Origin: a virus
Taxonomy: Duplodnaviria; Caudoviricetes
IMG/VR virus record: IMGVR_UViG_3300037479_000047
Coordinates: 1-55,077 of that record
DNA: 55,077 nucleotides
Strand: one strand, 5' to 3'
Part shown: positions 28,404 to 38,021 of the stretch, piece after piece
Numbering within the stretch: position 1 is the first letter of the stretch
How the letters are laid out: each line of letters opens with the position of its first letter
Program-made: the position numbers and the translations under genes
Notes under the pieces: model-generated
What the model was told of the DNA's origin: nothing
The model's database searches: none
The model's input: the letters and a program-made list of their open reading frames with translations, nothing else

Positions 28404-28994
28404 GTGATCTATGTTCGTGGGGCCGATTCCGAGATAGCCAAAGCCCTTGCGGAACTACATCCTATCGTCGGCGTGCCGCGCGGCAGCCATATGCCGCTCG
28501 ACAAGGATAAATACCTATTTTGCGTCGGCCTGATCCGGCAAGCGCCGATCACCGAGCAATACGATAACGAAATAGCCGAGACGTTCCTAGTGAACGCGGC
28601 CAATGTAATACGCGAGTGCGAGTATCTCCTGGGGAACAACCGGGAGGCGCGCATTTGTGTTGTGGGATCGGAGTCGGGCTTCAAATGGTCCTTTGACGGG
28701 GCCTATGCGGCGGCCAAGGCTGCGCTGCATCGCTACGTCGAAACCAGACGGCTTAGGCATCCACTGCAACAGCTTGTTTGTGTGGCTCCGACTTGTGTTC
28801 TGGGGACGCGCATGAACTTGCAGCGCACCCCGGATGGGGTGCGGGCCTTGGAGGCCAGGCGCGTCAGGCACCCCAAGCAGAGATGGCTTGAGCCGATCGA
28901 GGTGGCGCGGATGATTAACTTCCTGCTCAACGTCGATAATGGCTACATCACAAACACGGTTATTAGAATGAATGGCGGCGAGCATTGCGTGTAG
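28404..28994 (+). CDS. Short SDR-family oxidoreductase
   Basis: YAAAK catalytic YxxxK, VVGS and C-terminal ITNTVIRMNGG. Confidence 0.75.
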   Translation: MIYVRGADSEIAKALAELHPIVGVPRGSHMPLDKDKYLFCVGLIRQAPITEQYDNEIAETFLVNAANVIRECEYLLGNNREARICVVGSESGFKWSFDGAYAAAKAALHRYVETRRLRHPLQQLVCVAPTCVLGTRMNLQRTPDGVRALEARRVRHPKQRWLEPIEVARMINFLLNVDNGYITNTVIRMNGGEHCV

Positions 28995-30049
28995 CGGTCA
29001 TCGGCGGCGGCATCTTCGGCTGCACTGCGGCGGTATATCTCAACCGTGCCGGCCATGAAGTGCATCTATTCGAGGCCAAGGACAGCCTGCTTAGATGCGC
29101 CTCCGGCATCAATCAGTTTCGCTTGCATGCGGGCTATCACTACCCACGCAGCCCGGAAACAATCGCGGAGTGCAAGCGCTCGCTCCGCTCCTTTCGCAAG
29201 GAATATGCGCCAGCCATTAGGGGTATGGGCCGGCACTATTATGCGGTGGCCCGTCACGGCAGCAAGCTCGGCGCCAGGGAATATCTCGATGCGCTTGACG
29301 CAAGCAATTTGGAGTATTGTATAGCCTCTACAGCAGGGGTGTTGAACCAGGACGAGGTTGAACTCGCCATACTGGTGCGAGAAGCGTGGCTTGAGCCTTC
29401 CGTATTGCGCGGGCTGGTGTGGGAACGGCTTAAGAGCGTCGAGCTGCATTTCAACACGCAGCCGGACAATTCGCTGCGGGACAAGTTCGATAAGATTATA
29501 ATTGCGGCCTATGCGGCGACCAATGACGTTGCTTTGGCCTTGGGTTGCGCGGTCGAGCCGTTCCAGTTTGAGTTATGTGAAAAGCCGGTGCTGCGCTTGC
29601 CGCAGGAGTGGACCTCGGTTGGTGTGGTGGTAATGGACGGGGAGTTCTGCTCGCTCGATCCGTTTGACAACACTGGATGTCACATCATGGGGCACGTCAC
29701 CCATGCCATCCATGCCACAAGTGTAGGGCTTGAGCCGGAGCTTGGAGAATTGAAGCCCTATCTGAATGCCGGCGTTATTAGGAATCCGCCAGACACGCGG
29801 GTCAACCGCTTTCTAGAGGATGGCCGCACGTTCATTCCGGCGTTGGACAAGGCGGAGCATGTCGGCTCGATGTTCACGATGCGAGTGGTGCTGCCCGAGC
29901 GCGAGGATACCGACGAGCGTTTGACTATGGTTGACGAATTAGACGAGCAGGTCATCCGTATATTTTCCGGCAAGCTCGGCTCAGCGGTAGACGCGGCAAA
30001 CAGGGCTGTGGAATTGGTTGGAACACAGACAGCAAGGATTGCAGCATGA
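28985..30049 (+). CDS. FAD-dependent oxidoreductase (DAO-like)
   Basis: VAVIGGGIFG, ASGINQFRLHAGYHYPRS and FSGK. Confidence 0.85.
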   Translation: MRVAVIGGGIFGCTAAVYLNRAGHEVHLFEAKDSLLRCASGINQFRLHAGYHYPRSPETIAECKRSLRSFRKEYAPAIRGMGRHYYAVARHGSKLGAREYLDALDASNLEYCIASTAGVLNQDEVELAILVREAWLEPSVLRGLVWERLKSVELHFNTQPDNSLRDKFDKIIIAAYAATNDVALALGCAVEPFQFELCEKPVLRLPQEWTSVGVVVMDGEFCSLDPFDNTGCHIMGHVTHAIHATSVGLEPELGELKPYLNAGVIRNPPDTRVNRFLEDGRTFIPALDKAEHVGSMFTMRVVLPEREDTDERLTMVDELDEQVIRIFSGKLGSAVDAANRAVELVGTQTARIAA

Positions 30050-30230
30050 GCCCATTTCGTCATGAAGGTATGACGCCATCACTGTTACGCGCCGCGCGGT
30101 TTCGCGGCCTCTTTCGCGGCCCCTTTCCCCATCAGGAAGGGCGTGAACGCAAGCGTCCAAAGCCGATACAAGCTGGGGCGACGACCATTGCCGCTAGCGC
30201 CCCGCCCCCGAATATGCCGCGCAATCAGCT

Positions 30231-30932
30231 TTGATTACGGTTGTCTGCTATCTCTGGCGAGACAACACACGCGACAATCGCGGCTATACGTTTCAGCATG
30301 ACCATGTGCGCGTTTTGCAAAGCATGGTGAAGCGGAACTTAAGCGTTCCGCACCGCTTTGTTTGCGTCACGGATGATAAAGTGCAGGGCGTGCAAACCGT
30401 GCCGATGGACTGGCGCAAGCACATTCCCGGCACGGTGTTTGCTCGCTTGATGCAGCATAACCCGGACTGGTGTAGGGCCAATCTTGGCGAGCGGGTTTTG
30501 TCTCTTGATATCGACGTGGTGATAACACGGTCGATTGACCACATCGTATCGCGTTCAGAGGACTTTGTGATTTGGCGCAATCCGAATTTCGGACAGCCGC
30601 AGCGCGCGTTCTACCAGTCCAGCGTGCAGCTGTTCAGCGCCGGCGCGAGGCCGCAACTCTGGCACGACTTCGATCCGAGGGAAACGCCCAAATGGGTCAA
30701 CTGGAGATTTGGCGGCAAGGAACAAGCCTGGATTTCCGAGCGGCTGGAATGGGACGAAGCCTATTTCTCGGACAAGGACGGGATTTACGGCGCGGGGCGG
30801 CTAGGCGGGAACGGGGTTTATAGCGAGTTGCCAGAGAATGCCTGCATCGTGAGTTTCCCTGGCGCTCGCGCCCCGTGGCAGCCCGAGGTGCAGGAGAAGC
30901 ATCCGTGGGTCAAGGAACATTACCGGCTGTAA
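30231..30932 (+). CDS. GT-A fold glycosyltransferase
   Basis: ITVVCYLW, RFVCVTD, VLSLDIDVVI (DxD), EQAWIS and IVSFPG..PW. Confidence 0.8.
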   Translation: MITVVCYLWRDNTRDNRGYTFQHDHVRVLQSMVKRNLSVPHRFVCVTDDKVQGVQTVPMDWRKHIPGTVFARLMQHNPDWCRANLGERVLSLDIDVVITRSIDHIVSRSEDFVIWRNPNFGQPQRAFYQSSVQLFSAGARPQLWHDFDPRETPKWVNWRFGGKEQAWISERLEWDEAYFSDKDGIYGAGRLGGNGVYSELPENACIVSFPGARAPWQPEVQEKHPWVKEHYRL

Positions 30933-31034
30933 TTGCTCGGCTCATTGACCACACTCCGATAGCCAAAGCTGAGCCCGAGACGCTATTACGCGGACAGCGC
31001 AAAACGGAAACCTGCCCGGACGGGCAATGCCTAA

Positions 31035-31264
31035 TGAGGGCGCCCATGAGTGCAAATGCTGCCAATCGAGTAAAGGACGCGGTTGAGCGGGTTGTTACCA
31101 GCCTCGAACAGGCTGCTGATGGGACAGCCGAGCGGCTCAACCGACTTACCACAGAAGCGCTCGATAAATTCCACCGCGTAGAAAAGAGCGTGGCCGACCC
31201 TTTGGAGCAGGCGCTAAAGGGCTTGGACGAACTGCTCGGGTCGAACATTCCTCCAGAGGAATGA
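31035..31264 (+). CDS. Small helical hypothetical protein
   Basis: ATG inside ORF 30875..31264; amphipathic helix. Confidence 0.45.
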
Positions 31265-31449
31265 ACGCTGTTGCGGCTATCGCCATAGTGGCAATGTTTC
31301 TCGCGTTCCTCTGGGCAGGAATCCCGCAAGGGCCTAGTAACCAATCGTCACCGTCTGGTGACCCAGAGGTCATTCTTTACATCGACCCGCCAGCGTCTAG
31401 CGACATATTCTTTCCGTCGCTTCCCGACCGCAATCCAACGAGGGGCTGA
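31261..31449 (+). CDS. Small membrane-anchored protein
   Basis: N-terminal hydrophobic helix; coupled at both ends. Confidence 0.45.
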   Translation: MNAVAAIAIVAMFLAFLWAGIPQGPSNQSSPSGDPEVILYIDPPASSDIFFPSLPDRNPTRG

Positions 31450-32075
31450 TGAGCGATATTTTTTCGCACATGCATTATATCAAAACGTCGCAAGACGGCG
31501 GAGCTGGGAAATATCACGGCGCGGTCGCCCACGGCTATGATGCAAAGCGCGAGCAATCTCCGAAATGGCTGTCCGAGCAGCGTCTCGTTGAGGATATGCT
31601 GAGCGATATGCCGGCCGGGAATTGGGTGCTTGACGTGCCGTGCGGAACCGGACGGTTTTTCAAGTTCTATCACGATAAGGGTTTCCTCTTCCGCGCCTAT
31701 GACAAAAGCGCGGACATGCTACGGATCGCGGCTAACAAAGTAGTCGATCCAGTGCAGGTCATTTTAGGACAGTTTGACGTGCTAGCCCTTCCACTGTCGG
31801 ACAAATCTGTAGACGCATCGGTGATGGTGCGGTTGACTAGGTGGCTCTCCCCACAGGATTGCCAACGAGCCCTGAAAGAATTGCAGCGGGTGACGCGGGA
31901 TCGAATTATCTTGACGGCGCGGGTGGCCAACCATCCCCATGCGCGACCCGTGGAACTATTTACTGAGGCATTAGCAGATGACTGGCGGCTAGACAAGAAC
32001 GAGCGCGGCTATTGCGACGAATACCGGGTGTTGCGGTTTAGGAGAGATGCCGGTGCTGCTCAGCCTAATCAATAG
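31449..32075 (+). CDS. Class I SAM-dependent methyltransferase
   Basis: VLDVPCGTGRF, DKSADML, LPLSDKSVD and ALKELQRV. Confidence 0.85.
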   Translation: MSDIFSHMHYIKTSQDGGAGKYHGAVAHGYDAKREQSPKWLSEQRLVEDMLSDMPAGNWVLDVPCGTGRFFKFYHDKGFLFRAYDKSADMLRIAANKVVDPVQVILGQFDVLALPLSDKSVDASVMVRLTRWLSPQDCQRALKELQRVTRDRIILTARVANHPHARPVELFTEALADDWRLDKNERGYCDEYRVLRFRRDAGAAQPNQ

Positions 32076-32107
32076 GGCGCTCCAAGACTTCCGCCGGAGG
32101 CAAGTGG

Positions 32108-32776
32108 TTGCGCTGGGTTGACCTGTGCGGTCCTCCCGGTAGCGGTAAAAGCACATTAGCCGATCCGTTGTGGGGACCACATCAAATCCCAATCGAGAAT
32201 CGGCTGCCGCCCGCTCAGTGGCACGATTTTCTCAACGAAGTAACCCGGCTGTTTCATCTAATCCGGAAGCATCGCACATTCGGCGCGGCGGTCAGAATGA
32301 ACAATCGCTCGGTGCGCAAGGTCGCCACCGTGGCTCGGATGCAAAATGCAGACACCTATATTCAAACTGCCCTGGCGCAACGTGGCTTAGGCTTCGGCTG
32401 GCGGCTCAACGATCTCGGCATAAACCTGAACGAGCTTCGTCATTATTTCCGGCTGATGCCAGTGAGTGTTGGCGTGGCCTTTACCGCATGTCCGGAGGCC
32501 GAAGTCATCCGCCGCAACCATCTGCGCGAGACGGTCAAAGCTACCGCGCACGAAAACCGGGACTTCATGGTGATGTTGATGCGTCCAGCCATTGAAATAG
32601 CCAAGGAGGTTTTGCTTGAGCGAGGCGTTCCACTTGTCGAGATCGACACCTCCGGCCCCCCTGAGCTTGGACGCGCCCAACTTACTCGTTTTGCCGCCCA
32701 AGCGCCTTTTGACCTCTCGCAGAATGGACCTGGCATGCAAGTGGAGGTTCTTTCGCCACCCCCGTGGTGGCAATGA
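32108..32776 (+). CDS. P-loop kinase-like protein
   Basis: N-terminal VDLCGPPGSGKST; GGAGG RBS before TTG. Confidence 0.7.
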   Translation: MRWVDLCGPPGSGKSTLADPLWGPHQIPIENRLPPAQWHDFLNEVTRLFHLIRKHRTFGAAVRMNNRSVRKVATVARMQNADTYIQTALAQRGLGFGWRLNDLGINLNELRHYFRLMPVSVGVAFTACPEAEVIRRNHLRETVKATAHENRDFMVMLMRPAIEIAKEVLLERGVPLVEIDTSGPPELGRAQLTRFAAQAPFDLSQNGPGMQVEVLSPPPWWQ

Positions 32777-33152
32777 CCCGGACGCCGAGCGAGTCTATCG
32801 CTGGCATATTGAGGCTCGTATCGGCCCGAGAATGCAGCTCGGGCTTGCCACCGACAGGTGGAAGCGAACCGTTGAAGATTATCTCCGGGCCGCGCGTGAC
32901 CTTTTTGCTTCGATGCAAAGACATGGCTTCCTGCCGCAAGGGGCCATCCCGATAGACCCACAAGGGGAATTGCTCGGCGGGGCACATCGTCTCGCGTGTG
33001 CTCTAGCATTGAACATACCGCTTGTAAGCGCGGTGAAACTGCCGCACATGGTTTGGGCACCGCCATGGCATAGGGAGTGGTTTGTCGAGCACGGCATGAC
33101 GCGAGAAGATTTGCAGCGGCTTGATGCCGATTGGGACTTTATGCGCCGGTGA
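32616..33152 (+). CDS. ParB/sulfiredoxin-fold protein (start probably 32667-32724)
   Basis: SMQRHGF...IPID...LLGGAHRLACA. Confidence 0.55.
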   Translation: MSEAFHLSRSTPPAPLSLDAPNLLVLPPKRLLTSRRMDLACKWRFFRHPRGGNDPDAERVYRWHIEARIGPRMQLGLATDRWKRTVEDYLRAARDLFASMQRHGFLPQGAIPIDPQGELLGGAHRLACALALNIPLVSAVKLPHMVWAPPWHREWFVEHGMTREDLQRLDADWDFMRR

Positions 33153-34717
33153 CTGCGACCTTATCTGATCTTGCGGCGGTTGAACGGCTGGTCAGCGCGT
33201 TAAATCCAGAACAAAGGGCGCGACTTGTTAGCATACCAGCCATCAAGCATCGCCTCGGTCGATGGGTTCCCAACCCTGGCCCGCAATCCGAGGCTTTCTA
33301 TTGCGAGGCTGATGAGCTGTTTTATGGCGGGCAGGCCGGGGGCGGCAAGACTGATTTGATTGTCGGCTTATCGCTTACTGAACACCAAAAGTCTCTCGTG
33401 CTTCGCCGCACAAATAAAGAAGCCACCAAAATGGTCGATCGCTTTATTGAAGTTCTCGGCTCGCGCGATGGCTGGAACGGGCAGGACCACATCTGGCGCA
33501 TAGACGGCAGGATGATCGACATTTCCGGGTGCCAGCACGAGGATGACAAGCAGAAATTCAAGGGCACGCCCCACGACTTTATTGGTTTCGATGAGGTGAC
33601 GGATTTCACCGAAAGCCAATATCGCTTCATTATCGGCTGGAATCGCTCAACGGATAAAAGCCAGCGCTGCCGCGTTGTGGCAGCCGGCAACCCCCCGACC
33701 ACGCCAGAGGGCTTATGGGTTCTGAAATACTGGGCACCTTGGGTCGACCCGAACCATCCCAATCCGGCCAAGCCAGGGGAGTTGCGCTGGTTCACGACCA
33801 TTGACGGCGAGGATGCCGAAGTCGCTGGCCCTGGCCCGCATTTAATTAATGGGGAGATGATTATCGCGCGGTCGCGCACGTTCATCCCGGCAGAACTACA
33901 AGACAACCCCGATCTCGCCGAGACAAATTACGGTTCCGTGCTTGCGGCCCTCCCGCCTGAATTGCGCGCGGCCTACAAGGAAGGCCGTTTTGATGCGGCC
34001 CTGAGAGACGATACCTTTCAGATTATCCCCACCGCCTGGATCGTTGCGGCGCAGGAGCGTTGGAGGCCAAACGGCTTTCAGGATGTGACCATGACCGCTA
34101 TGGCCTTTGATCCAGCGGGCGGCGGCAACGATGCCGAGGAATTGATCTGGCGCCACGGCGGATGGTTCTCTGAACCGGTTACGGCGAAAGGAGTCATGAC
34201 CTCAGATGGCTCGCGGGCGGCCGGCATTATCGTGCAGCATCGCAGACATGGATGCCCGGTGATTGTGGACATTGGCGGCGGTTATGGCGGGGCCGTGGTG
34301 CAGCGGCTTAACGACAACGGCATCACGCATCATGCCTTCAATGGTGCCAACGCCTCAATGAAGCGCACCAGAGACGGAAAGTTGAGCTTCGTCAATAAGC
34401 GCGCCGAAGCGTGGTGGATGCTGCGCGAGGAGCTTAATCCCGATCAAGAGGGCGGCTCGGTGATTGCCCTGCCGCCAAGCGCGGAAATTAGGGCAGACTT
34501 AGCCGCGCCACGCTGGGAATTGACCCAACGGGGAATCAAAGTCGAGTCGAAAGACGATATCCGTCAGCGGCTCGGTCGCTCTCCAGGCAAGGGCGACGTG
34601 ATTGCGATGTGCCTGTCCGAGGGGCAGGCCGTTATCACGCGGGAATTAGCTCGGACCGGCGCACGGCAGCCGCGTGTATTGCTCGGCTATGCCAAGCAAA
34701 AAAGCAGGAGACATTGA
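33131..34717 (+). CDS. terL: Terminase large subunit
   Basis: YGGQAGGGKT (Walker A), IGFDE (Walker B), AGNP and AFDPAGGGND nuclease motif. Confidence 0.92.
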   Translation: MGLYAPVTATLSDLAAVERLVSALNPEQRARLVSIPAIKHRLGRWVPNPGPQSEAFYCEADELFYGGQAGGGKTDLIVGLSLTEHQKSLVLRRTNKEATKMVDRFIEVLGSRDGWNGQDHIWRIDGRMIDISGCQHEDDKQKFKGTPHDFIGFDEVTDFTESQYRFIIGWNRSTDKSQRCRVVAAGNPPTTPEGLWVLKYWAPWVDPNHPNPAKPGELRWFTTIDGEDAEVAGPGPHLINGEMIIARSRTFIPAELQDNPDLAETNYGSVLAALPPELRAAYKEGRFDAALRDDTFQIIPTAWIVAAQERWRPNGFQDVTMTAMAFDPAGGGNDAEELIWRHGGWFSEPVTAKGVMTSDGSRAAGIIVQHRRHGCPVIVDIGGGYGGAVVQRLNDNGITHHAFNGANASMKRTRDGKLSFVNKRAEAWWMLREELNPDQEGGSVIALPPSAEIRADLAAPRWELTQRGIKVESKDDIRQRLGRSPGKGDVIAMCLSEGQAVITRELARTGARQPRVLLGYAKQKSRRH

Positions 34718-34924
34718 ATGGCCAGTCTTTTTAAGAAACCCAAGGTGCATCAGCCCAAGATAGAGATGCCCAAATTACCCAAGCCCAAGCCCGTGCGGAT
34801 GCCGACGGAGATTGATCCTGTCATTCTGGAGGCGCAGAAGCGCACCCGGGAGGCAGCCCTAAAGCGTCGGGGACGGTTATCGACCCTGCTTACCGACCAT
34901 ATTGGCGGCGAAGTCCTAGGCTAA
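34718..34924 (+). CDS. Small basic virion protein preceding the portal
   Basis: Pro/Lys-rich, RRGRLSTLLT...LG; position typical of podoviruses. Confidence 0.6.
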   Translation: MASLFKKPKVHQPKIEMPKLPKPKPVRMPTEIDPVILEAQKRTREAALKRRGRLSTLLTDHIGGEVLG

Positions 34925-34925
34925 C

Positions 34926-36569
34926 ATGGAACAACGTGCGCGCGACGCGCTCAAAGTCGGCGACAAATTATTTTCTGACAAGCGCAACGTGGACCTGCTC
35001 TGGCAGGAAATTGCCGACAACTTTTACCCGGAACGCGCGGATTTCACCAACACGCACAATATCGGGGACGAGCATGCCGACCATTTGTTTACGTCCTACC
35101 CGATGCTGGCGAGGCGCGAGCTTGGCAACATGCTGGCAGCATCGTTGCGCCCGCGTTCGCAGAAATGGTTTTCCATTCATGTTGACGACGAAGAATTAGA
35201 CGAGCGGGATGCCGAGCGGCGTTACCTCGAATATCTGACCGACATCCAATGGCGGGCCATGTATGATTCCGCGTCCGGCTTGGTGCGTGCCACCAAGCAG
35301 GCCGACCACGATTTTGTGACGTTTGGTAATGCAGTAATAAAATTCGGTCCCAACATTGCTGGCGATGGCCTGCTGTTCCGCAATTACCATTTGCGTGATT
35401 GTGCTTGGTCAGAAAATGCAGAGGGCAAGATTGACCACTTGCACCGTGAATGGACCCCAACCGCCAGACAGCTCAAGGCGCATTTCCCCACCGCGATCAG
35501 CCAGCAGGTGGAACGGCTTTGCAGGCAGGACCCAGAGAAAGAGGTTAGATGCCGTCACATTGTTATGCCGTCCAGGCTTTATGACTACAAGAGCAAGGGG
35601 GGAAAGGCGTTTCCTTACGTCTCTCTGTTTATCGAAAAAGATACCGAGACCGTCCTAGAGGAAATTGGTCTTAACTATTTCTGCTATGTGGTGCCTCGCT
35701 GGCATACCGTCGCCGGTTCCGTTTTCGGTTTGTCAATGGCGACTTCTATCCTTCTTCCTGATGGTCGCACCATACAAGTGATAGTGCGAACCATCCGCGA
35801 GGCGGCAGAGAAACACGTCGATCCACCAATGATTGCCGTAACCGATGCGATCCGAGGAGATATTGCGCTCTATGCTGGCGGCATCACAACCGCCGACATG
35901 GAATACGACGAGAAAACTGGCGAGGTGTTGCGACCCGTCACGCAAGTCAAGGACGGCATGCCTGTCGGCATGGAATTAGCGGCGGCGTTGCGTGAGGACA
36001 TCCGTTCCGGCTTCTTTCTTGACAAGATTCAATTGCCGGAAACGGGCAAGGACATGACGGCTTTTGAGGTGAGGCGCAGGATCGAAGAACACATTCGCTC
36101 CGCTTCGCCCATTTTCGAGCCGATTGAACAAGAATATTCCGATCCGCTTTGCGAAGGCGTGTTCCAGGTCATGCGGGATCACGGCGCGTTCCCGCTGGAT
36201 GATATGCCGGAAACCCTATCTGGCACCGAGACGCATTTTTCATTCCGCTCGCCGCTGTCGGAGATGGCGGATCAGCAAGAGGCCGAGACATTTCTCGATG
36301 TGCGTGATCGCATTCTGTTGCCGACGGCTGAGATTGATCCGGCGCAATTGGAGCAAGTGAATTGGACTGCCGCCATGCGCGATGCCATGCGCGCCAGCGG
36401 ATGGAAACAGAAATGGTTTAATCCGATAGAGATGGTGGACCAGCGGCGAGAGAAAATGGCCCAACAGGCAGCCATACAACAGGGAGCGGCAGCCTTGGCA
36501 CAGGCTGGCCAAGTGGCTGAACAGGGCGGCAAGGGGCTAGAGGCGCTTGGCAAGGCCGGCATTCAGTAA
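34926..36569 (+). CDS. Portal (head-tail connector), T7 gp8/BPP-1 type
   Basis: LWQEIADNFYPER, DFVTFGN, VPRW and MTAFEVRRR. Confidence 0.9.
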   Translation: MEQRARDALKVGDKLFSDKRNVDLLWQEIADNFYPERADFTNTHNIGDEHADHLFTSYPMLARRELGNMLAASLRPRSQKWFSIHVDDEELDERDAERRYLEYLTDIQWRAMYDSASGLVRATKQADHDFVTFGNAVIKFGPNIAGDGLLFRNYHLRDCAWSENAEGKIDHLHREWTPTARQLKAHFPTAISQQVERLCRQDPEKEVRCRHIVMPSRLYDYKSKGGKAFPYVSLFIEKDTETVLEEIGLNYFCYVVPRWHTVAGSVFGLSMATSILLPDGRTIQVIVRTIREAAEKHVDPPMIAVTDAIRGDIALYAGGITTADMEYDEKTGEVLRPVTQVKDGMPVGMELAAALREDIRSGFFLDKIQLPETGKDMTAFEVRRRIEEHIRSASPIFEPIEQEYSDPLCEGVFQVMRDHGAFPLDDMPETLSGTETHFSFRSPLSEMADQQEAETFLDVRDRILLPTAEIDPAQLEQVNWTAAMRDAMRASGWKQKWFNPIEMVDQRREKMAQQAAIQQGAAALAQAGQVAEQGGKGLEALGKAGIQ

Positions 36570-36834
36570 GCCGCCGGCGACTTACGCCGCTCCCACCCTT
36601 AGAGAGGCGCGCGCCATACACGCCTTTGCCAAGGGTGAGGCATCAGCGGATCAACAGAAATTAGCTTTCAATTGGATTGTTCGGGAAGCGTGTCGGGCAG
36701 GCAAGGAAGTGCTTGCACCGGGACAGCCGGACCTAACCGCTTATTATGCGGGACGCTTATCTGTGTCCCTGCAAATTGGCTGGGTGCTTGGTCAGCCAGC
36801 CGAGGCTTTCAGAGATAGAGGAGAAACAGATTGA
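36547..36834 (+). CDS. Bbp19-like small protein
   Basis: TAYYAGRLSV...I motif; lies between portal and scaffold. Confidence 0.55.
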   Translation: MARPAFSKPPATYAAPTLREARAIHAFAKGEASADQQKLAFNWIVREACRAGKEVLAPGQPDLTAYYAGRLSVSLQIGWVLGQPAEAFRDRGETD

Positions 36835-37856
36835 CCGAAGTGGAAACAGTCAAGACTGAAACCACGGCCTCGCAAGAGGTCGTTTCTACATCCGGGACAG
36901 CTTCACAGGAAGCCAAGCCTAATGGGCAGGATCAGACAGTTGCCACCGGGGACGAGCCGAAAGGGTCGGACGAAACGGCCAAACCATATTGGCCTGAGGA
37001 TTGGCGGCAGAAGATTGCCGAACATGCTGGAGCGGGCAATGCCAAGGCGGTCGAGAAAGAGCTGCGTCGCCTCGAAGGCATGACCGATCCGGCTGCGTTA
37101 TTCTCGCGCTGGCGCGAGATGGAGAACACTTGGGCTTCCCGTAACTTTGTCAAGAAACCGGGCAAAGATGCTACGCCAGAGGATATTGCAGAATTTCACC
37201 GCGCGCTTGGCGTGCCTGAGAAGCCGGAGGACTATTTCAAAGACCTGAAATTCGATAATGGCCTAGTGCTTGGCGAAGCCGATAGACCCATAGCCGAATC
37301 CTTTGCGACCGACTTGCATAAGGCCGGCGCCACGCCGCAGCAAGTCCAGGCCGCGCTTAGCTGGTATCTCAAGCACGAGGAAGCGCAGGCGGCAGCGCTC
37401 GATGAGGCGGATGACGCCTTTCGGCGCGAGGCAGAACAGGCGCTAAAGAATGAGCTTGGAGCTGCCTTCAAACGCAAAACCAACAACATCGCTACGGTAT
37501 TCCAGACTGCCGCCGGCGGTGCCGATATCAAGAATGATAATTCCGTCTATGCCCGACTAATGGGCGGGCGCACTGCCGATGGGAAGCTGATTGGCAACGA
37601 CCCGGACATAGTGCGGTGGCTGATCGGACTTTCGCAGGAGATCAACCCGGCCGCTGCCGTGGTCGAGGATGCGGATATTTCCGGCAGGTCAATCGACAGT
37701 GAAATCTCCGCGCTTGAAAAACGCATGAAGGGCGTTGACGAGCACGGACGCCATGACCCGCAAATTCGCCGCGCTTACTTCAAGGATGAGGCGGCGCAAG
37801 CGCGTTACCGCGAATTGGTAGGCGCGCGCGACAAAATCCGGGCCAAGGCCCGGTAA
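36831..37856 (+). CDS. Capsid scaffolding protein
   Basis: Acidic low-complexity N-terminus, LGVPEKPEDY, helical; lies before the capsid gene. Confidence 0.75.
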   Translation: MTEVETVKTETTASQEVVSTSGTASQEAKPNGQDQTVATGDEPKGSDETAKPYWPEDWRQKIAEHAGAGNAKAVEKELRRLEGMTDPAALFSRWREMENTWASRNFVKKPGKDATPEDIAEFHRALGVPEKPEDYFKDLKFDNGLVLGEADRPIAESFATDLHKAGATPQQVQAALSWYLKHEEAQAAALDEADDAFRREAEQALKNELGAAFKRKTNNIATVFQTAAGGADIKNDNSVYARLMGGRTADGKLIGNDPDIVRWLIGLSQEINPAAAVVEDADISGRSIDSEISALEKRMKGVDEHGRHDPQIRRAYFKDEAAQARYRELVGARDKIRAKAR

Positions 37857-38021
37857 TTCTCGATGCACCCCGGCACCCGGTAACGGACCGGAAGGGCGTC
37901 ATTCACTCCCGTTTGTGACGAGCCTTTGGCTATCGAGCGGACCCGCAAGGGCAACCCGTAGCGTCAGCGAATAAGGACACCCTGAACGGACAGCATCTTC
38001 AACATTAGGGAGATGCCAATT

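Noticed and set aside
27786-33152. DNA hypermodification cluster
   Set aside because: Not excluded but disfavoured. The cassette is in the late structural operon, and I recognised no thymidylate-synthase-like, TET/JBP, Dpd/Que or DNA polymerase gene.
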